Shown piece by piece: positions 26,427 to 39,489 of a stretch of 64,000 nt of DNA. The stretch lies in assembly GCF_006345805.1 (NCBI RefSeq), contig NW_021833714.1:1-64000 (forward strand), given 5' to 3'. Origin of the DNA: Octopus sinensis. Lineage: Eukaryota. Below the pieces are notes generated by a model that did not search any database, was not told where the DNA came from, and saw only the letters and a program-made list of their open reading frames with translations. Numbering within the stretch: the stretch's first letter is position 1; the number at the start of each line of letters is the position of its first letter. The position numbers and the translations under genes were made by a program.

Positions 26427-27065
26427 GGCAGCAAGCTGGCAGAAACGTTACCGCGCCGCGAGAATTGCTTAGCGGCATTTCTTCCAAATATATGTTCTGA
26501 ATTCAAATTCCGTCAAGATCGACTTTGCCTTTCATCCTTTCGGGTTCGATAAGATACGTATCGGCGGCGAGCTGGCAGAATCGTTAGCACGCCGGACGAA
26601 ATGCTTAGCGGTATTTCGTCTGCCGCTACGTTCTGAGTTCAAATTCCGCCGAGGTCGACTTTGCCTTTCATCCTTTCGGGGTCGATAAATTAAGTACCAG
26701 TTACGCACTGAGGTCGATATAATCGACTTAATTCCTTTGTCTGTCCTTGTTTGTCCTCTCTGTGTTTAGCCCCTTGTGGTAATAAAGAAATAGGCATTTC
26801 GTCTGCTGCTACGTTCTAAGTTCTAATTCCGCCGAGGTCGACTTTGCTTTTCATCCTTTTGGGGTCGATAAATTAAATACCAGTTACGCACTGGAGTCGA
26901 TGTAATCGACTTAATCCCTTCGTCTGTCCTTGTTTCTTCTCTCTATGTTTAGCCCCTTGTGGGCAATAAAGAAATATGATAAGTATCAGTTGATTATTTG
27001 GGTCGATGTAATCGGATTATCTCTTTCTCCGAGATTGCTGGCCTAGTGCCAAAATTTGAAACCAG
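26427..27065 (+). mobile_element. SINE family A cluster including a head-to-tail dimer
   Basis: Head fragment 26427-26560, full copy 26562-26792, headless second unit joined at 26792/26793, then an A2 tail. Confidence 0.85.
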
Positions 27066-27989
27066 TATTTACATGAAACCTAGTCCCGATCCAATGAAGA
27101 AGCTTTTACACAGTTACCAGAAACATTAACGTGAAACCAAGATTGATCCAGTATGGAGGGGTCCAGTAATATTCACATGAAAGCCCGGTAAGAACCAGTA
27201 ACGAAGTTTTAACGTGGTTACTCAAACAGCTTCAGAAATAACAGCCAAATCTCCCCAAAAATCACAGCGTATCAATTTTAGAAAATAAGAAAGCATTGGT
27301 GAGGTCCACCGACGCTAAACTTTGAAAACGATAGGGTGGTCGCAGTTGGAAATCCTTTGATCAAGAGTCTGGTTGATTACAACTGAAAGGAACTAAATAA
27401 CATGAAACCGTTACAGGGTTTAAACCCCAGATACAATTCGAAATACTTTTAAATATCTGGGGTGACGATGTTGGCGGCGTTTATGCCAGTTCCAAAGTTA
27501 ATATGCTCTGGATATCCTATAATTGTTAGCCTCCATTCTTGGTAAAAAAAAATATTAATTAATAACTAATCGCCATTGCTTAATTAATCATCTTTATTTT
27601 TTAATTTCTTCCAATTATACTTAAAATCGATTATCAAAATCCATTGATCTCGAAGCAGAATAATTTGAACGATTTGATTAATTCATGAATTAAATTACAA
27701 CTAATTAAAAATATAATGTTAATGTTCTCTTTTACATTCTGATTGCATTAATAAGAACATTATATTCCAAGAAAAACTGCGTTAATAATTTTAGTTTTAT
27801 TCTATTGATTGGTTCCTAGTTTGGTATCTTGTTTTTTATTTTACGTCAAATCGAGAAAAGTATTCTAGAAATCCTCACTACATTCGTATATTTCACACAA
27901 ACATAAGAGATGATGAGGTAAGATCAATGCTGTTGGTTTCCATACTAGACATAGCAAAAACATCTCCCTCAATTGGCTCACCAAGAGAA

Positions 27990-29062
27990 TCTTTTCTGCT
28001 CTAGGCCCGAAATTTTGGGGCTGAAATTTGGGGGTGATGGAAATTTGGGGTGATTTGACCGACCCCAGCACGCAACTGGTACTTCATTTATCGACCCCGA
28101 AAGGGTGAAAAGCAAAGTCAACCTCGGAGGAATTTGAACGTAAAGGCAAACGAAATACCTATTTCTTTACTGTCCATAAGGGGCTACACGCAGAGTGGAC
28201 AAACAAAGACAGACAAACGGATTAAGTCGATTATATCGACCCCAGTGCGTAACTGGTACTTATTTAATCGACCTCGAAAGGATGAAAGGCAACATCGACC
28301 TCGCCGGAATTTTAACTCAGAACGTAGCGGCAGACGAAATACAGCTAAGCATTTCGCCCGGCGTGCTAACGTTTCTTATTTCTTTATTGCCCCCAAGGGG
28401 CTAAACAAAGAGGGGACAAACAAGGTCAGACAAACGAATAAAGACGATTATATCGACCCCAGTCCGAAACTGGTACTTATTTAATCAACCCCGAAAGGAT
28501 GAAAGGCAAAGTCGACCTCGGTGGAATTTGAACTCAGAACGTAGCGGCAGACGAAATACCACTAAGCATTTCGCCTGGCGTGCTAATGTTTCTGCCAGCT
28601 CGCCACCTTTGCTCACCAAGCGAATAAAAAGAGAATGTAATGTTGAACAGACAATGCAATTCTAGATATTCGAAAGAGGGGATGGTCATGAGTCAAGTGT
28701 CTTTATACATAACTATGCTTCATCAAAAATTATGCGCACATATATGTATAAATATATGTACATGTGTGTGTGTGTGTGCGCGCGCGCGCATACAGATACA
28801 TGCGAATATCTGTTTCTTTATTGCCCACAAGGGGCTAAACATAGAGGGGACAAACAAGGACAGACAAACGGATTAAGTCGATATCATCGACCCCAGTGCG
28901 TAACTAGTACTTAATTTATCGACCCCGAAAGGATGAAAGGCAAAGTCGACCTCGGCGGAATTTGAACTCAGAACGCAACGACAGACGCAATACCGCTAAG
29001 CATTTCGCCCGGTGTGCTAACGCTTCTGCCAGCTCGCCGCCTTTCTGCCAGCTCGCCGCCTT
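27990..29062 (-). mobile_element. SINE family A cluster (multimer plus single copy)
   Basis: Units at about 27990-28159, 28160-28375, 28378-28610 and 28810-29062. Confidence 0.85.
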
Positions 29063-29662
29063 ACTTACTATGCGAATATCGTTTACGATCTAGTGAGCCG
29101 GGATGTGCTAAAATTAAATGCATACATCATTATTTTCATCCTCACTACTTCGTGATCTTAATGTATAATGTATGTGTGTGTGTGTGTCTACGAGGTGGGG
29201 GTAATTGTCAGTGAGTATACATCTGCTCAAAACTATATGTGTGTGTGTGTATGCAGTGGGTTTCACACAGTTTCGATCTACCAAATGCTTCCACAAAACG
29301 TTGGTTGGCCCAAAACTAAACTGGATGACATTTGACCAAGATCCCGCAGAGTGGGACCGAAGCCGAAACTACATGTTTGTAAGGTGAGTGTCGTAAGCAC
29401 ACAGCCGTACATGCACCTGTATCCCAACACTTTAATAACAGTTTTTTATTGAAAACGTGGTTAATGTAACGAATCGATATTTAATAAAACGATGTATTGA
29501 TTGCCTAATTTATTCAGAGATAAAAATTTTATAATATCAACTATCAATACTTCAAGTGCTTTCCATGGTAACATCAAGGGAACTCTTAGTAACGTAAGGG
29601 CTGTGGTGGGGTTGGTCCATTTCGAGCAGCACTTTATGCATTTAGTACGTTAGGGTCAGATG

Positions 29663-29880
29663 TACGACGGGGTGATGAAAAGTTCCTGGTTTTGAGTTAA
29701 AGAAAATACAGGATGATCAGTTAATTGTGATTTTATTCAAGATATCCTCCTCTCAGATTCACACACAATGTAGCAGTCCTTCAGTTTTTTTAAGCCCTAT
29801 AAAATAATTCGGAATGTTGGGCCTCCAGCCAGCCCTTTCTCGATACCCGTAAAGCCAGGAACTTTTCAGCACCCCTCGTA
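29663..29880. mobile_element. Tc1/mariner-type MITE
   Basis: TIRs TACGACGGGGTGATGAAAAGTTCCTGG (29663) and CCAGGAACTTTTCAGCACCCCTCGTA (ends 29880), with TA at both ends; 218 bp, no ORF. Confidence 0.85.
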
Positions 29881-29899
29881 TAACCCTTATGAGGTAATG

Positions 29900-30168
29900 A
29901 GGCCATAATTGACACTCTATCGGTTATGGCAATGAGTGTTGCAGTTGTTCCAATCAAGGGAACAGCCTGCTCCTGAAATTAACGTGTAAGTAACAGAGCA
30001 CATCACAGACACGTGTACCCTTAACATAGTTCTCAAGGAGATTCAGCGTGACACAAAATATGACTAAGCTGGACCTTTGAATTACATGTACAACGCGCCG
30101 ACAGGAATCGAACTCACGACATTAAGATAGTGAACCGAATACCTTAACCACTTAACCACACGCCTTCA
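29900..30168 (-). mobile_element. Decayed SINE related to family C (tRNA head plus C-type tail)
   Basis: Shares ACAGACACGTGTACCCTTAAC and GAACAGCCTGCTC..GAAATTAACG with family C; minus-strand head GTGAAGGCGTGTGGTTAAGTGGTTAAGG...GAGTTCGATTCC. Confidence 0.7.
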
Positions 30169-31118
30169 CCGGGAAGCATCTTGGAGGAAACTTGGGTGGA
30201 GTGGCCTTGGTAGACCATGTAGGGAACATAGGGGCCTCGGTAGGCCTTGAGGGACCATGGTGGGGTATTAGTGGCCTCTTGGTTGGGTCTTGGTAGGCCT
30301 TCAGGGTCCATGGTGGGAAATTGGTGGCCCCTTGATGGGGCCTTGGGGGAAAACCTCAAAGGTTGTTTCGGCTGGTGCACATTCTAGCTCCGCAAGATAA
30401 TGACTTTGCAACGTCTACCTTGACGGTAACTCGAACTCGTATATATCTCGTAACTGACACCGACTCCAACTGAGAACTCGTACAACGACTCTACTACTAC
30501 TCACCTCCTACAACAACTCTCTGTCTAACTTTATAGTGGCCTCTCGTACTTTGTCACGTGGGAAGGAGGACTACCATTTTCACTACAACAGAAATTTATT
30601 CCTCACATATCAACCATACGAATTACAGAAGCATGTAGAGAAATTAATCCAATAAATAATATTAGCACCAAGCATTTTGCATAAATTTAGCCAGTTTGTT
30701 AGCATAAAATTTTATTATTCGATAACTAAATCTTTGCTCCAAAAAGGATTAGTTGCCACCAAGAATTATATTTCAATTTGATTTATATTCCGGTAGTTCT
30801 TTGCTTTCTTTCGATAATAATTTGTAACTCACGAAAAATAATGCTAATTAGTTTGATGTACAGAAAAGAATTAAAGAAATTTCTAAGCTTAACCATCTTG
30901 AATATTTTACGCTTATTGCATAATGAGTTGAACAAATTACAGTTTCGTTTGTTTCGAAATGGCGCCCTTATGGCAAGACGAAATATAGATGTCTACCCAA
31001 CAGTTACATGTATTCATGAAATTTATCTCAGAGATATTTCAAGATTCACGTCTAACGATTACAGTTGACACAATTTTACAATTTTATTTATTTTTCTGAA
31101 TAATTGAGAATATTAGGC

Positions 31119-31512
31119 ACTAGCAGTATCGCCCGGCGTTGCTCGGGTTTGTTTCGACCCTTTAGAATTGGAATTTTTGAAAAGTAAAACTTTTGCATTA
31201 TGTAGCTTGTTATTCTCTTTAAGTGGACATTTTTCTGGTTGAAATACACCGAAAAATGGTGGCACAGCAGTCAAAAAGTCGTAAAAAATAGGGATTTTCA
31301 TAGAAAAAAAGTACCTTTTTAATGTAAATACTTATTGGTGCTAACATGGTCCGATTTGAATGTTATCTTCTACGGAATGAAGAGCAACCCTTCTTCTATC
31401 ATAACTCTCAATGTTGGTCAACTTGCGCCGCAGGATCTCGGAGGAGATAGTGTTAGTTGAAGGCTACCAAACCTGCCGTACACAGACAACTTCAGCTTTA
31501 TATGTATATATA
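31119..31512 (+). mobile_element. Non-autonomous Helitron/Helentron-like element (Lep1/DINE-1 style)
   Basis: 5' ACTAG followed by hairpin CCCG-gcgttgct-CGGG; 3' ...GGAGGAGATAG...ACAGACAACTTCAGCTTTATATGTATA. This is the terminal architecture typical of such elements (from general knowledge). Confidence 0.55.
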
Positions 31513-32849
31513 AAACTTGAAGAATAAGTACTCTCTACTACTTTCATAAGAAACTACAGAGTAGAATATTTAGTTCCAATGATACCATGCATTGCAATTA
31601 AAGATCACGAAGTTAATTGCCATAGTAATCCTGAATGCTAACTAATTAACCCCGTCAAAAATGGTTAAGTACCATAAACGAAATAAAAATACCGCAAGTG
31701 TTCATTATTTTATATTATTGAATTTTGTTTTACTATAACTAAACGTCTTCTGAAATCCCTAACTTTTGCCAAAAGCATCGAGCTAATTATTGATTCATAT
31801 TTCAAGATTGAGCTAAAAACATGCAAAGAAATACCTCTCGTTTTTCCATATTTCAGTTAAAAAACAGATGGATTCTTTGATGTTTCCATGGAATCATTGG
31901 ATTATTTTCTAATCTATGAAATTGTTGAAATTTCTGTTTTGAAATTTTTTCATAAATGATTTCCTATTTCGTGAGAAGATTTATGCCGTAACGATCGACT
32001 TATATAGTCTCACCGAATATGAACTTACATGAACAAGATATATTTAGAATATTCTTCATAAAATTATTTAGTGAAATAGATCAAGAATTATAGTTGATAT
32101 TAACTAAAGTGCAGCTGATTTTCTGGAGGAATTTACAAGAAATTCACTACAGATTAAAAATATATATGTGTGCCCGTTTCATGTCCTCTTCGTATTTATT
32201 GATTTAAAATTTTAAATTCCTAACCCTGTCTCACACTGTGAGGAGACAGTAATTTCTATTTGTATTAATGACCACCCTGAGGACACTACATGTGACATTG
32301 AATTTAGATACGAATAAATCTTACCTTCCCCGAAAAGCTAATGAAAGATTATTTTTTATAAAAAAAAGAACACAGATCACTCTCCCCCACTATTCTACGA
32401 TATTTTATCCTATATATTCATAAACGTATATACTCATCGTCAGCTGTGTCCACGTACATTTATAGTTGTCCTTTTTTATATTGATGTTTGCTATCACAGT
32501 GATTTCGCAGATAAAACACATTAACTCGCTCTAATGTAAAGTAAAGAATACCTACTTATAAATGTTAAAATTGAATGTGTAATGAAATATCTTATGGTAT
32601 AATCTAGTCTTCATTCTAAACGTAAGCATACACATTGCCATAAATTTCATACGTTTAATCTCTTTTCTTTTCTCATCAAATCAGATTTATCACGTGTTCT
32701 TAATGGAAATTCGATTATGTTAAGCTATTCATATTGCAAATATGTTGCCGGTTCATATAACCATTTTAATTTCCAAACTTAATTATATGGTATCTTCCCG
32801 TATTTGTAGATATATACATTATAGGCCCAAAACATTTGCTCATTCCCCG

Positions 32850-32896
<47 letters not shown>

Positions 32897-33667
32897 TGTT
32901 AATGTCTACCGAATACAAAAGTTAATCCAAAAATTATAATCGATTACCTGATTTTTGCTTTCGAGTTTGTTTATATCAACATACACATAAATTCGAAATC
33001 CCCGAAGAAAATAATTTCTACAAGTAATTTTAAAAGAAACAAGTTCGGTAATGTTTAATATTAAATGGCTATTCTTGTATTCGTATATGTGGGCTGCAAA
33101 TTTTGATTAAACCAGACGTTATTCGTACCATTTCTAGACATCATATGAATCGAAGAACAAGATATTAAACCATTGTAAACGCACTCCAAAAAGAATGACT
33201 CGTTATTGTGAACCCGCAAACGGCAGACCCGCGGAGAAATATGTGTTACATGTGGTAGAATACTCAGAACATTATATAATTCTTTAAATTTTGGTTCGAG
33301 GCTAGCAATTTTAGCGGAAGGAGCTAGTAGATTTCATGCTTTTCGTATGCAAGCCGGCGGGGCTCGCTCTGAGCACTCTAATTTTTTCACAGTAAACGTA
33401 CTGGCCGTCTCGGGCACTCGGTGAAGAGCACCCTCGGAGGAACCGTGCGGGCCGAAACGACTGGGAGGTGGACGCGCTACCGCAACGCGAACGGCGACGC
33501 CCCACGGCGCCTGCCTCGTGGCTCCCGCACCGATCCAGTAATTGATTGGTAGTTTGTTTTGATCGCAAAAGAATGAAAGGTAAATTTGACAGCCGAACGC
33601 AAAAAGCCTGATGAAACGCTACTAAGCAACTTTTCCGACACGCTAACGATTGTGCCCTTTTGCCTCC

Positions 33668-33668
<1 letters not shown>

Positions 33669-33726
<58 letters not shown>

Positions 33727-33727
33727 T

Positions 33728-33762
<35 letters not shown>

Positions 33763-33838
33763 GAAAATGATAATAATAATAATAATAATTTTAATAATAG
33801 TAATAATGATAATAATAATAGTAATAATAATAATAATG

Positions 33839-33873
<35 letters not shown>

Positions 33874-33892
33874 GATAATGATAATGAAAATG

Positions 33893-33966
<74 letters not shown>

Positions 33967-33994
33967 AATAATGATAACAATAATAATAATAATA

Positions 33995-34028
<34 letters not shown>

Positions 34029-34050
34029 GATAATGATAATGATAATGATG

Positions 34051-34096
<46 letters not shown>

Positions 34097-34126
34097 TATA
34101 ATAATAATAATAAAATAATAATAATA

Positions 34127-34170
<44 letters not shown>

Positions 34171-34182
34171 AATGATGATGAT
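33669..34182. repeat. (AAT)n/(GAT)n microsatellite upstream of an R4/Dong element
   Basis: Direct inspection. Confidence 0.95.
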
Positions 34183-37100
34183 TTTCCATCGGTCGGGACG
34201 TCGGCGACCAAATAAGCAACCTCGCAGAGCTTGCTCTGTGAGGAGGGTGTAAGGTTTTTGCTATTTTGACACCCTACAGGAAGAAGAATAAGACCTGTAT
34301 AAAGGCTAACGAACTCTTACGATGCAACGGCCACGAAATAGCATATACCTAAGAGGCAGAAACAATCGTAACGCTTAAACACCCCTTCTAGGAGACGGAA
34401 ACTCCAAAATTAAACCAGGATTACAGGAATCCTGTATCCTAGGGTGGAGATCCTGTCAGTGATGGTGTCATGGGGTAAAAATACTAGTGGTTGTGCAACC
34501 TAAAAGTCACTAACCCTCATCATGAGTGCTGAAATGTCAAGTAAAAATAGAAATGAGAACTGTGTGAATGAGGCAGGAATACCTTATGAAGGTAAATCGC
34601 CCGGTGGGTGCACCACGGGCGAGCAGTGTGGGCCCAGTCGTCATCAAGCAACTGGTAAAAGAAGGTGGACGAAAGAAATTAATGTGGTTGTAATGGAGTG
34701 CTACTTTCTGGGTAAACTGAGAAACGACAATAAAGTACCCACTAAGGGATATAGGAAAAGAATGCACAGGGCATGGAGCGACAGAGGTCTATTTGAATTA
34801 AAGACCCCCTTCGGTCATGAATGACCATGGGATTGCACCTAGAAAGTTACCCTCCTAGACACAAGTCCGGGCAAGGTTGTTTTTTTTATGGAAGACCAGC
34901 AGTCGCCCATGCATACCAGCCTCTCCTCTCCACGCCACCAGTGTTATCCAAGGGAAAGACAAAGGTAGATACAGCTTGGCACCAGTGACGTCGCAACTCA
35001 TTTCTACAGCTGAGTGAACTATTTGAATTAAGTGAACAAAATTTGTGTGACAAAGCTAAAGCCATCAGAAAGAATGAATGGTTATCTCTAGTTGAACTAG
35101 AAAGCATTAAGAGGTGAGTGCTTAGGAATAGTAACACCAGCGGTGAACGGAAGGATGAGAAAAAGAATGCAGGTAGAGAAATTATGACAGTAGAGTTACA
35201 GGAAGAAAATGAGCATAAGGCTGAGATTATCGATCAGGAAAGCGATGAGAGAACTGAGGAACAGATATGCATTTTAAATTAAATTATTGATATTTGGACA
35301 TCTGGTGAACAGAGCTTTCATACGGGGTTTTAAAAAGTAGACAGAAAGAAATTCAATGAATGGATCAGGAAGATATATGATATCATTGGTGATATGAAGA
35401 CTGACAACATCACAGACACCAATAATCTGATAAATGCAATCTCGATCTTTATAGCCCGGAAGTTAGGTTTGAATGTCAAAGGTAAATGTCAACATAACCT
35501 GAAGGAACCATGGTGGAAAAGGAAAATAACGCAGTCTATTAATGAAATCAGAAATATTAATATTGATATTCTGGAACGGAAAAAAAGAAATGAAGTTCAG
35601 CGAGGGAAATATGTTGAGCTAGAGAGGAGGTATAGGGTGATTGAGGAATTAAAACAGAGGTTGAAAGCTAAAGCACATAAGCTAAAGAGATATGAACACA
35701 GAATTGAGCAATACAGATTAAACAGACTTTTCGAACAAAATCAGAAACGTGTCTATCAGGAACTAGATGGGATAGAAAAAGGTGAAAAAGCCGTGCAGGA
35801 TGCTGAAGAAAGAAAAAAATTCTGGTCAAATATATGGTCTTAAGAGAAACGACACGAAAATGAAGCAGAGTGGTTAAAGACACTCAAAGAGGAGAATGGA
35901 GAGTATCATCAGGAGGATTTACGAATAACCGAGGAGATGGTTAGAGATCAGTACAGGAAAATTCCTAACTGGACAAAAGGAAGAACGGTACTATTCCAGA
36001 AGGACCTAAGTAAACCGAATGCGGTTGGAAATTTTCTACTAATATCTTGCTTGCCACTGTGGAAACTGATGACAGGCATCATATCAAACTGCATCTATAA
36101 GTACCTAGATGAGAACAACTTGCTACCAGTGGAACAAAAAAGACTTAGGCGTAAGAGAATGGGAATGAAGGATCAATTACTAATCGTTATTGGAGCTTGT
36201 GCTCCAATCGAAGCTAAATGGTTGCTATAAGATTAGAGCAATTAACACGTGGGCGGTTGCTTTCACGAGTTATGGAGCAGGAATAGTATCTTGGAAGAAG
36301 CATGAATTACAAGAGATAGACCAGAGAACACGTAAATTAATGACAATGAACAAGGAACTACACCCTAAGAATGATGTGTTGTGAAGGTTGTGTAAATGAA
36401 GAAGAGAATAGCCTGGCTTGGTATGTGAAGGGGAGTAAAGAAGAAATGATTGAAGCAGTGAAAATGCAAGGAACCTTAAAAGTGAACGAAGCCGTGGATC
36501 CAACACAATTTAAGAACGAGCAGATGAGGAAAATTTGGCAGGACAAGAAAAATACAGTCAGTTCTTGAAGAATAAAGATGAGATTGATTGTAATAGAACC
36601 TAGCAATGGCTGCAGAAAAAAGATTCATGCAGCACTCAAGAACGAGCTCTCAGAACAAACTACTCCAAATATCACATTGATAAAAGCAATGACTCGCTAC
36701 ACTCAGAAGGGAGAAAGTATAATCTATATTGTGAGTGATGTAGGCTCGCACAACGTGAATACAAAAGGAGACACGACAATGTGGCCAGATATATCCACTG
36801 GCCGTTGTGCGGTAAAGTAAGTCTAGAGAGAGCCGAACAATGGTATGAACACAAACCATAGGGAGTAAACATCACAAAATACTCTGGAATTTTAACATGC
36901 AGTGCCTCCAAGTCATAATGGGCGAGACGACCAGATATCGTGCTCATCCATAAAGAGGAAAAAAGAGTAAATATAATAGATGTTGCAATAACAGGTGATT
37001 GGGGGGTTAAATGTAAGGAAACAGAAAAAATTGAAAATTGAAAAATACCAGCCACTACAAGACGAGATAGGAAAATATTGGGGGATGAGGAACGTAATGG

Positions 37101-37342
37101 TTGTAATTGGAGCATTAGGAGCAGTTCTTGAGGGCTTTGAAAAACATATTAGGAATATTGGAGCTGCTGTCAGGCTCGAGGTGATCCAGAAGACAGCAAT
37201 GTTGGGTACAGTTCGCATTCTAAGAAGAGTATTGTCTCTTTGAGTCACAGGAGAAGGCACTACTTGAAACCCTTGGTGATTTGTTTTTGCTTGCTTTCAA
37301 GTAAAGAATAACCGGTAATTAAGAACTACCCGTAAGTGTTTT
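34183..37342 (+). mobile_element. Decayed R4/Dong-clade non-LTR retrotransposon (RLE type)
   Basis: Myb-like RRWTKEINVVVMECY; KEPWWKRKI, KAHKLKRYE, FWSNIWS; RT start (WTKGRTVLFQKD, LISCLPLWK, EQK..GMKDQLLI) then an internal deletion; C-terminal LQSKLNG..AINTWAV and RLE end KIEKYQPL..EIGKYW..VVIGALG. Flanked by (TAA)n. Confidence 0.9.
34802..35018 (-). mobile_element. 5'-truncated SINE family D inserted into the R4/Dong ORF, 13-bp TSD
   Basis: TSD CTATTTGAATTAA at 34789-34801 and 35019-35031. Body matches 39073-39290. Confidence 0.9.
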
Positions 37343-37365
37343 ATAATAATAATAATAATAATATA

Positions 37366-37431
<66 letters not shown>

Positions 37432-37466
37432 TAATAGTAGTAGTAGTAGTAATAATAATAATAATG

Positions 37467-37499
<33 letters not shown>

Positions 37500-37834
37500 G
37501 GGGGAGCATCATAGCCATGTGTTGAGAGGGATTCTTTGGGGTTTGAATAATTCACCTCTGGAAACATGGATGGTTCTTTCAACATCCTTAAACAACCCTT
37601 ATTCAGGGACCTTTTGAGCGGGATGGGCTACTCAACCTGAAGAAAATTCTAACTGGGCCCCATCTGCAAGGTCATGCGCTGTTTATCTTGATATGAGATC
37701 ACCATGTCGCGCACATATGGTTGTGATGCATGTGCCTGGTGTGCCCTTATCAAACGAGTAGTCATGATGGGTATATTGGGCTTCGTATATTTTACCCCAA
37801 TGTCACTTTGATGGCATGAACTGCTCTCTCACTC
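37500..37834 (+). mobile_element. Non-autonomous (TAA)n-associated retroelement, family T
   Basis: Ends ...TGTCACTTTGATGGCATG.ACTGCTCTCTCACTC followed directly by (AAT)n. Homologous to 54996-55525, 55608-55649 and 53200-53290. Confidence 0.8.
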
Positions 37835-37904
<70 letters not shown>

Positions 37905-37906
<2 letters not shown>

Positions 37907-38100
37907 CTTTCACAAGGCCTGAAATTTGGTAGGAGAGTTATAGTCGATTACATCGACCTCAGTTCACAACTGGTACTATTTCATCGACCCCGAATTATGA
38001 AAAGCAAAGTAGACCTCAACGAATTTGAACTCAGATGGTAAAGACGGACGAAATGCAGCTAAGCATTTTGTCCGGCGCGCTAACCATTCTGCCAGCTTAG
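37905..38100 (-). mobile_element. SINE family A (A2 tail)
   Basis: Core and head match family A. Confidence 0.8.
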
Positions 38101-38285
38101 AATAATACAATAATAATAATAATAATAATAATATATAATAATAATAATAAGAAGAAGAAGACGAAGAAGAAGAAGAAGAAGAAGAAGATAAGAAGAAGAA
38201 GAAGAAGAAGAAGAAAGAATATGAAGAGAAGAAGAAGAAGAAGAAGAAGAAGAAGAAGAAGAAGAAGAAGAAGAAGAAGAAGAAG

Positions 38286-38317
<32 letters not shown>

Positions 38318-38644
38318 TCGTTACTATAGTCACCATGCGGGACTAGTTGACTACATCAACCCCAAAATTTGACTTATTTTATCGACCCCGAAAGCATGAA
38401 AGAAATTTGAAATCAGAGCCTGAAGACGGAAAAAATGTCGCTAAGCCTATTATCCGTCGTGTAACAATTCTTTCAGTTCGCCACATCACAAGATTCTCAG
38501 ATAATATAGAATTTATCGTCTTCGAATTTTATCAAACCAAACTACACCAAGTTCTTTCACATTTTCTGTTACACTATTTTATTCTCACCCAATAACCAAT
38601 CTGTTAATACATTTTGCATGAATAAGCGGATGTGCTGCAGCTGA

Positions 38645-38908
38645 AAAAATTTACCATTGCACGTCCGCCTATTCTTAAAGACATGCAGCTGCAGATTTTG
38701 CAGGGATATCTGTGGAGCTGACACATGTGTCAAAAACGGTGAAAATGTCTTCTTGGGCTGGCCGAAATGTATTAATGTAAGAAATGAAAATCTTACGTTG
38801 CATTCCTGTGAAAGTGTTGAACACTGGTACTCTTTAATACAGCATCTGTTTGGCTCTGATGAGGATTCACTGTACAAGGCAAAAATTTGTGCCACTTTGC
38901 TTATGTGA
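38645..38908 (+). CDS. Candidate host exon(s), PH-domain-like C-terminal half
   Basis: Non-repetitive open frame ...FCRDICGADTCVKNGENVFLGWPKC...LTLHSCESVEHWYSLIQHLF. The S.E...W..LIQ helix resembles a PH-domain terminus. Splice signals present (TTTTGCAG at 38703, GTAAGA at 38777) but boundaries are ambiguous. Confidence 0.3.
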   Translation, partial: KNLPLHVRLFLKTCSCRFCRDICGADTCVKNGENVFLGWPKCINVRNENLTLHSCESVEHWYSLIQHLFGSDEDSLYKAKICATLLM

Positions 38909-39072
38909 ATTACTCTCATAAATAGACACATAGTAATATTTATAGTTACCTGGCCTCAGCGCATTTAAAACCCACAAAATACAGGAAACAATTGAGAACA
39001 AAGTCTTGCTCGGCGAAGCAGGGTGTGTTCTTAGATACAGTGAGTCGACTTAGGCAGTAATTAGGGGCTGAT

Positions 39073-39410
39073 GCTGAGATCCCCTTCTGTCATGGCTGAA
39101 CATGTGATTGCACCTAGAAAGTTACCCTCCCAGGCACAAGTCCGGGCAAGGTTGTTTATGGAAGACCAGCCGTCGCCCATGCATACAGGCCTCCCCTTTC
39201 CACGCCACCAGTGTTATCCAAGGGAAGAGCAAGGGCCGATACAGCTTGGCACCTGTGACGTTGCAACTCATTTCTACAGCTGAGTGAACTGGAGCAACGT
39301 GAAATAAAGTGTCTTGCTCAAGAACACAACACGCAGCCCGGTCCGGGATTCGAACTCACAACCTCACGATCGTAAGCTCTATGCTCTAACCACTGATCCA
39401 TGCGCCTTCA
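39073..39410 (-). mobile_element. tRNA-derived SINE, family D (full-length)
   Basis: Minus-strand head GTGAAGGCGCATGGATCAGTGGTTAGAGC...GAGTTCGAATCCC; body TCACTCAGCTGTAGAAATGAGTTGC. Confidence 0.85.
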
Positions 39411-39489
39411 CTAGAGGCTTATAACACGCTGCAATGGAGATTAATCTTAAAGAATGATTTCATTTTGATCTTCTACATTTTATGCTTTT

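Noticed and set aside
33490-33570. HDV-like ribozyme in the GC-rich insert
   Set aside because: P1- and P3-like pairings exist but there is no P1.1 GG or P2 partner, and the apparent P4 is decayed SINE sequence.
33586-34219. Poly-N/poly-I ORFs up to 171 aa
   Set aside because: (AAT)n/(GAT)n microsatellite.
38856-38862. CTGATGA word
   Set aside because: No GAAA or stems; falls inside the candidate coding frame.
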